Below are positions 59,808 through 64,000 of a DNA stretch of 64,000 nucleotides, piece by piece. Within the stretch, counting starts at the first letter, position 1. The number at the start of each line of letters is the position of its first letter. The translations under genes and the position numbers were made by a program. The stretch is from an uncultured Chloroflexia bacterium (GTDB lineage Bacteria > Chloroflexota > Anaerolineae > Anaerolineales > Anaerolineaceae). Where the stretch lies: contig CAWDIB010000005.1 of assembly GCA_963802275.1 (NCBI GenBank), positions 84,089 to 148,088 of the forward strand, in the 5' to 3' direction. The notes under the pieces were generated by a model. It searched no databases and was not told the origin of the DNA. It saw only the letters and a list, made by a program, of their open reading frames with translations.

Positions 59808-60731
59808 ATGCTGGAAAAATATTTATTACGGCCGCCCACAATTGACCATTGCCAGGCAGTGTTTGATCTGATATTGCGCTGCGACCAGCGCGACGTGGGT
59901 TTTGCCGATTCCGACATCGAGGACCTGCAGCACGACTGGAACACCATCAACCTGCATACGGATGCCTGGCTGGCTATTGACGCCAGTGGTCACCTGCGCG
60001 GTTACGCCGCCTGCGTGCCCTGGGATGACGGCATCCAGCTGATGATCTATGATGATCCGGGCACCGAGGCCACCGACCTCTTCCAGGGTTTGCTGCTCTT
60101 CAGCAGTCAAAGGGCATCAGCCATCCTGCGGGAGATGAACGATCCACTCAAACGCTCCATCCATTTATTCCTTTACGACCAGGCCAGCTTTCAGAATCGC
60201 ATGGTGATGGAAGCGGGTTATTCCATTAAAAAATACATCTTCAACATGCACCGCGACCTGGACAACGACCTGCCAAAACCCGTCTTTCCTGAAGGCATCC
60301 GCATTCGCAATGCTGTCACCGGGCAGGATGAGACAGCCATTCACGCCTTCGTTCAGCAAGCCTTCGACTGGCGCGAAAGAACAGCGCAACCCTTCGAAGA
60401 ATGGAAGGATTCCTTGATGCGCCCGGAGATCTTTGACGAAAAATTATGGTTCATGGCTGAACAGGGAGGAGAACTCATCGGCACCTGCCTGTGCATGAAA
60501 CGCACGACCATGGGCTGGATCCGTCAGTTGGCGGTTAAAAAGCCCTTGCGCAAACTGGGCATCGGCCGCGCGCTGCTGGAACACGCCTTTTTGGTCTTTA
60601 AAGACCTTGGCTTTCAAAAAGCCGGCCTGGCAGTGGAGAGTGAGAACCCTAACGCGGTGCATTTTTATGAAACTGCCGGCATGTTCAAAGCCGTTCACCT
60701 GAACGAATACGTAAAAGAAATCCAAATTTAG
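59808..60731 (+). CDS. GNAT-family N-acetyltransferase (two-domain, mycothiol-synthase-like architecture)
   Basis: 307 aa. C-terminal motif A LRKLGIGRALLEHAF. GAGGGA SD. Confidence 0.65.
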   Translation: MLEKYLLRPPTIDHCQAVFDLILRCDQRDVGFADSDIEDLQHDWNTINLHTDAWLAIDASGHLRGYAACVPWDDGIQLMIYDDPGTEATDLFQGLLLFSSQRASAILREMNDPLKRSIHLFLYDQASFQNRMVMEAGYSIKKYIFNMHRDLDNDLPKPVFPEGIRIRNAVTGQDETAIHAFVQQAFDWRERTAQPFEEWKDSLMRPEIFDEKLWFMAEQGGELIGTCLCMKRTTMGWIRQLAVKKPLRKLGIGRALLEHAFLVFKDLGFQKAGLAVESENPNAVHFYETAGMFKAVHLNEYVKEIQI

Positions 60732-60772
60732 CATTCAGCGTATAAGCATTGACAGGCAAAAAAGGAGGCACC

Positions 60773-61432
60773 ATGACACGCAAGGTCATTTCGTTGATTT
60801 TGGCGAGTTTTTTGGTTTTGGCGGCCTTTTTTTTCCTCACCGCTGGTACCCTGGCATACTGGGAAGCTTGGGTATACCTGTTCATCCTCTTTACCCCCAT
60901 GACCGGGCTCTCGATCTACTTGCTGCGTCACGACCCGGCTCTGCTCGAGCGGCGTTTGCATTACAAGGAGAAGCGCGAACAGCAAAAGGGCATCATCGCC
61001 CTATCTTATCCCATCTTCTTGCTGGCCTTCCTTCTTCCTGGATTGGACAAGCGCTTCGGTTGGACCAATACGCCCATTGTCGCCATCATCATTGCCCAGA
61101 TATTGGTCCTGGCCGGTTATGCCGTCGTAATCTGGGTTTTCCGTGAGAACAGCTACGCCTCGCGCATCATCGAGGTGCAATCGGGACAAAAAGTCATTGA
61201 TACCGGTCCCTATGCCATCGTCCGCCATCCCATGTACTTCGGTGTTGGAATGCTTTATATCCTTTCACCCCTTGCATTGGGATCCTGGTTGGCTGTCATT
61301 CCCGCCCTGCCCCTGCTGATCATCTTGTTCTTGCGCATTCGCGACGAAGAGGTTGCTCTGGCTCGCGATCTGCCCGGTTACACTGACTACATGCAAAAGG
61401 TGCACTACCGGCTAATCCCCGGCATCTGGTGA
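60773..61432 (+). CDS. ICMT/PEMT-family membrane methyltransferase (paralog of 48768..49472)
   Basis: AGGAGG lies 6 nt upstream of the ATG at 60773; the ORF track TTG is at 60749. TGPYAIVRHPMYFGVGMLYILSPLALGS and DEEVALARDLPGYTDYMQKVHYRLIPGIW parallel the other copy. Confidence 0.7.
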   Translation: MTRKVISLILASFLVLAAFFFLTAGTLAYWEAWVYLFILFTPMTGLSIYLLRHDPALLERRLHYKEKREQQKGIIALSYPIFLLAFLLPGLDKRFGWTNTPIVAIIIAQILVLAGYAVVIWVFRENSYASRIIEVQSGQKVIDTGPYAIVRHPMYFGVGMLYILSPLALGSWLAVIPALPLLIILFLRIRDEEVALARDLPGYTDYMQKVHYRLIPGIW

Positions 61433-61453
61433 ATCTCATATCGATCATTCAAT

Positions 61454-61482
61454 GAGTCCCTATGAATCGGGGCTCTTTTTTT
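61454..61482 (+). terminator. rho-independent terminator
   Basis: gagtccc-tatgaatc-ggggctc stem followed by T7. Confidence 0.65.
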
Positions 61483-61583
61483 GGGTTTATTTGCATCCTT
61501 GGAATCAATTTTTGAAAAGATTTTGTTGTATAGTAATATTGTCCTTATAAAAAAACGGTTATGAGTTACCAAGGAGAATAAAA

Positions 61584-62642
61584 ATGAGACGAACTTTTCA
61601 TTTCATGATAATTGCCGCCAGCGTACTGATAACCTTCAACTTTTTACTAAGCGCGTGTTCTGTCACCATTGACCTTGGTGGTTCAAAACCTACTCCAACC
61701 CAATTCACCATGCCCACCGCCATTGATGCTTCCGCCGGGCAGGCAGCTCCTCTGTCGAATCAGCAGCAGCCTTCGTCTGGTATCCAGGTTTCCTCCAACC
61801 CACCAGGCGGACCTTTATCAATAGAGGGTTCAATTGAAGACGCCAATTCCAGCAAACACGCTTCCGAAAAGCGGGTGCTCTCAGGCGATTCCTACCGCTC
61901 GAATTTTTACGAACGCCCCTTTACCGCCAACAGCATGGACTTCCTTCCCGATGTGGATATTCTTTTTGGTTATATCTCGACCGATCCGCAATATCTCTAT
62001 TTCGTCATCGAACTGGCCGGCACCAATAAGGACACCGGTGCAATGGTCGCGGACTATGGCGTCGAGTTGGATACCGACAAGAATGGCCGCGGTGACTACT
62101 CCATCTGGGCGCGCAACCCAACAGACAGCAATTGGACTACCAATAATGTCACCATCCTTCATGATGCCAACCGCACGGTTGGCGGCAAAGACCCGAATAT
62201 TGCCGATGATCCCATCTTTCTGGGGGATGGCTATGAAACAGTCATACCCAATACCGGCCCAGAGCAAGCCTGGGTCAGGGTCTCACTGACAGAAGACAAG
62301 ATCGTGCAAATTGCCGTCCCACGCAGCATCATCGGCAATCCCAGTGAGTTCCTGTGGGGTGTCTGGGCGGATAATGGACCCAAGAATCCCAATTTGTTTG
62401 ACTATGACGACCACTTCACCTACAAGGATGCCGGCTCACCCATCAGCGGCAACCAGTATTACCCGCTTAAGCAAGTGGCAGCCATTGACAATACTTGCCG
62501 GCGTCCTTACGGATTCAATCCTGGCTACCGCATACCCAATATGTGCTGGTCGGCTACCCCTCTGGAGACACCGACCTGTAGATGTGTGCGTTGGATCTAT
62601 ACTGTCCGCCCGCCTATTTGTGCAGCCTGGAGATGTAGTTAG
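61584..62642 (+). CDS. hypothetical lipoprotein with Cys-rich C-terminus
   Basis: LLSACS lipobox and AAGGAGA SD. 352 aa. Six Cys lie in the last 50 or so residues. Confidence 0.55.
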   Translation: MRRTFHFMIIAASVLITFNFLLSACSVTIDLGGSKPTPTQFTMPTAIDASAGQAAPLSNQQQPSSGIQVSSNPPGGPLSIEGSIEDANSSKHASEKRVLSGDSYRSNFYERPFTANSMDFLPDVDILFGYISTDPQYLYFVIELAGTNKDTGAMVADYGVELDTDKNGRGDYSIWARNPTDSNWTTNNVTILHDANRTVGGKDPNIADDPIFLGDGYETVIPNTGPEQAWVRVSLTEDKIVQIAVPRSIIGNPSEFLWGVWADNGPKNPNLFDYDDHFTYKDAGSPISGNQYYPLKQVAAIDNTCRRPYGFNPGYRIPNMCWSATPLETPTCRCVRWIYTVRPPICAAWRCS

Positions 62643-62716
62643 CTATGAAGCAAATCACTGATTAGCATAGGTGAATCGAAAAAATTTTCGCGACACTGGG
62701 CAAAGAAATACCATAA

Positions 62717-62740
62717 ATACCCCACACGGGGTATTTTTTA
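62717..62740 (+). terminator. rho-independent terminator
   Basis: atacccc-acac-ggggtat stem followed by T5-6. Confidence 0.7.
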
Positions 62741-62791
62741 TAAATATGAAAGAGTATCTCTTCTTAACTAAGTATCCTTGCTCATGATGTT

Positions 62792-62962
62792 CTATTGTAT
62801 GTTGTAGACCACCATTGACTGCAGCATGTCTTCGTATTCCTGCAGATACTCCAGCCGCGAGGCGTCATTCACAAAACGGTAGCGCACCTGGAAGATCTTG
62901 CCGTGTGCGGCAAAAAAGGTCAGCACCGCCCGCACACCCTCATAATATTTAACAAATAACAT
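62792..62962 (-). CDS. unannotated small ORF (56 aa) directly downstream of the P-type ATPase
   Basis: My translation is MLFVKYYEGVRAVLTFFAAHGKIFQVRYRFVNDASRLEYLQEYEDMLQSMVVYNIQ*. It starts 5 nt after the ATPase stop. No SD is obvious. Confidence 0.35.
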   Translation of the reverse strand: MLFVKYYEGVRAVLTFFAAHGKIFQVRYRFVNDASRLEYLQEYEDMLQSMVVYNIQ

Positions 62963-62967
62963 CTGAA

Positions 62968-64000
62968 TTATTTTTCTGTTTGAGGCATCACTCTAGCTTG
63001 ATTACCAAGGTTGCGGTAATACATGTTTTTGACCACTTCGGTGATTAAGAAGTAAGCGATCACCAATCCGATGATGAGCGCCAGGTGCTCCAATGTGGGT
63101 GGGATGAACTGAAATACATCCGCGCCAAACTTGGTCATCGGGATTAGGATGGTCAAAGCCATGGCTACAACCGTTAGTATTAATAATGAAGAAGAAGGAC
63201 GGGATGACCGGAGGAATGACTTGCGCGTGCGAATCGAAAATATCAGCGTCAGTTCGGTCAGGATGCTGCCGATGAACCAGTTGGTTTGTAGCACCCCGGG
63301 CGAGATGCGGTAAAACAATCCAAAGAACAGGAAATCGAACACCGTGCTGACCACACCCAGGATGACCGCCATCAGGGTGATCTCCCTCACTTCGTACTTG
63401 TTGGGGCTGGTCAGCTCATCCGGGTCGGCTGTGTCGGACGAGATGGAGATCATGGGCGTATCAGAAAGCAGGTTCACCAGCAGGATCTGGATAGGCAGCA
63501 TGGGCAGGAAGTCGATCAGGAAGGACGAAATGGCAATGGCAAAGAAGTTGCCAAAGTTGGATATGAGCGTGGCCTTGATGTACTTGATCGTATTGGCGAA
63601 CACCCGCCGTCCCTCGCGGATGCCCTCCACGATCACCTGCAGTCCCGGCTGGGTGAGGATGATATCGGCTACCTCGCGCGCGATGTCAGATGCGCTGTCC
63701 ACCACCAGCGAGACACCCGCCACCTTGAGCGCCGGGGCATCGTTGATGCCCTCGCCCAGGAATCCGACCACCTTTTTCTCTTGTAGCGCGGAGACCAGCT
63801 TGAACTTCTGCTCGGGTGAGACGCGGTAGAAAATGTTAAATTCCTCCAGCGCTCTTTCCCGCTCCTCCTCTGCCAGAGCTTCCCACTCGCTGCCGGCCAT
63901 CACTTTGTCAGGGCTGTCAGTCAGCCCGATCTCATGCCCCACCGCTCCGGCCACCTCGCGGCTGTCGCCGGTGATGACGATCACCCGCACCCCCAGCTCC
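62968..64000 (-). CDS. P-type cation-transporting ATPase (MgtA/type-II/III-like), C-terminal part; gene continues past the right edge
   Basis: Hinge motif region VGFLGEGINDAPALKVAGVSL and MITGD-like VIVITGDS, followed by 4-5 C-terminal TM helices. Confidence 0.8.
   Translation of the reverse strand, partial: ELGVRVIVITGDSREVAGAVGHEIGLTDSPDKVMAGSEWEALAEEERERALEEFNIFYRVSPEQKFKLVSALQEKKVVGFLGEGINDAPALKVAGVSLVVDSASDIAREVADIILTQPGLQVIVEGIREGRRVFANTIKYIKATLISNFGNFFAIAISSFLIDFLPMLPIQILLVNLLSDTPMISISSDTADPDELTSPNKYEVREITLMAVILGVVSTVFDFLFFGLFYRISPGVLQTNWFIGSILTELTLIFSIRTRKSFLRSSRPSSSLLILTVVAMALTILIPMTKFGADVFQFIPPTLEHLALIIGLVIAYFLITEVVKNMYYRNLGNQARVMPQTEK

Noticed and set aside
59578-59871. Track ORFs 59578..59871 (plus strand) and 59638..59841 (minus strand) in the spacer upstream of the GNAT gene.
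   Set aside because: The two overlap each other and the GNAT start. Their composition is implausible and they lack an SD. The region more likely holds the promoters and leaders of the divergent genes.
1-64000. Search for CRISPR arrays, transposases, integrases, phage genes, reverse transcriptases, and rRNA or tRNA genes.
   Set aside because: No regularly spaced repeats, no recombinase or transposase motifs in any ORF, and no structured-RNA signatures were found by eye. Absence cannot be proven without covariance-model scans.

Overview
A 64-kb chromosomal segment holding about 58 protein-coding genes. I found no rRNA, tRNA, CRISPR array, transposase, integrase or prophage gene. The taxon is not determinable from the sequence alone. 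The gene content (RRM RNA-binding protein, fused membrane/spermidine-synthase-like protein, many lipoproteins with Pro/Thr linkers, a mevalonate-pathway decarboxylase, apparent leaderless promoters) suggests a Chloroflexota/Anaerolineae-like bacterium, at low confidence.

Gene content, left to right:
- ruvX fragment.
- A 10-kb gap-free gene chain: lipoprotein, msrP, msrQ, dead UvrD-like protein, UvrD-like helicase, free-standing Cas4/AddB-type Fe-S nuclease, recJ.
- L,D-transpeptidase, hemW, Zn-ribbon/LysM protein, trxB, class-III aminotransferase, FabL-type reductase, cyclase, archaeal-type thiolase, AlkZ-like wHTH protein.
- NAD-epimerase-like protein, a 469-aa unknown protein overlapping ftsZ, RRM protein, mevalonate (di)phosphate decarboxylase, rseP, HEAT-repeat protein, acylphosphatase.
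- A glycyl-radical enzyme (GRE) with a shattered activase gene and a divergent Gfo/Idh/MocA oxidoreductase.
- pth-mfd-uvrB, YtxH-type stress proteins, nnr, spermidine-synthase-like fusion, two aminotransferase/GNAT genes.
- A 46-62 kb envelope/accessory-looking stretch: NBR1-like and LamG-like secreted proteins, two ICMT-family methyltransferases, patatin, three GNATs, a sulfatase-like membrane protein, and two tandem ABC exporters that are heavily frameshifted.
- The 3' part of a P-type ATPase.

Main observations:
1. A split AddAB-like helicase/nuclease plus RecJ operon, translationally chained to msrPQ.
2. An intact GRE with a C-Q-E active-site loop beside an activase carrying at least 5 frame breaks.
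3. An extremely uneven distribution of single-base indels. There are roughly 25 in the two ABC genes and at least 5 in the activase, with single hits in msrP, the UvrD-like gene, the LysM gene, uvrB, mfd and the TIGR01906-type gene, and two in the speE-like gene. Long flanking stretches have none.
4. A recurring TATAAT-7/9 nt-ATG arrangement suggesting leaderless mRNAs.
5. A near-consensus promoter with an 11-bp perfect inverted repeat in front of an unannotated 52-aa membrane peptide.
6. A 475-bp non-coding region with 50-bp-phased direct repeats and GC hairpins.

All functional calls rest on motifs I recognise in the supplied translations or in my own translations. No database search was run.
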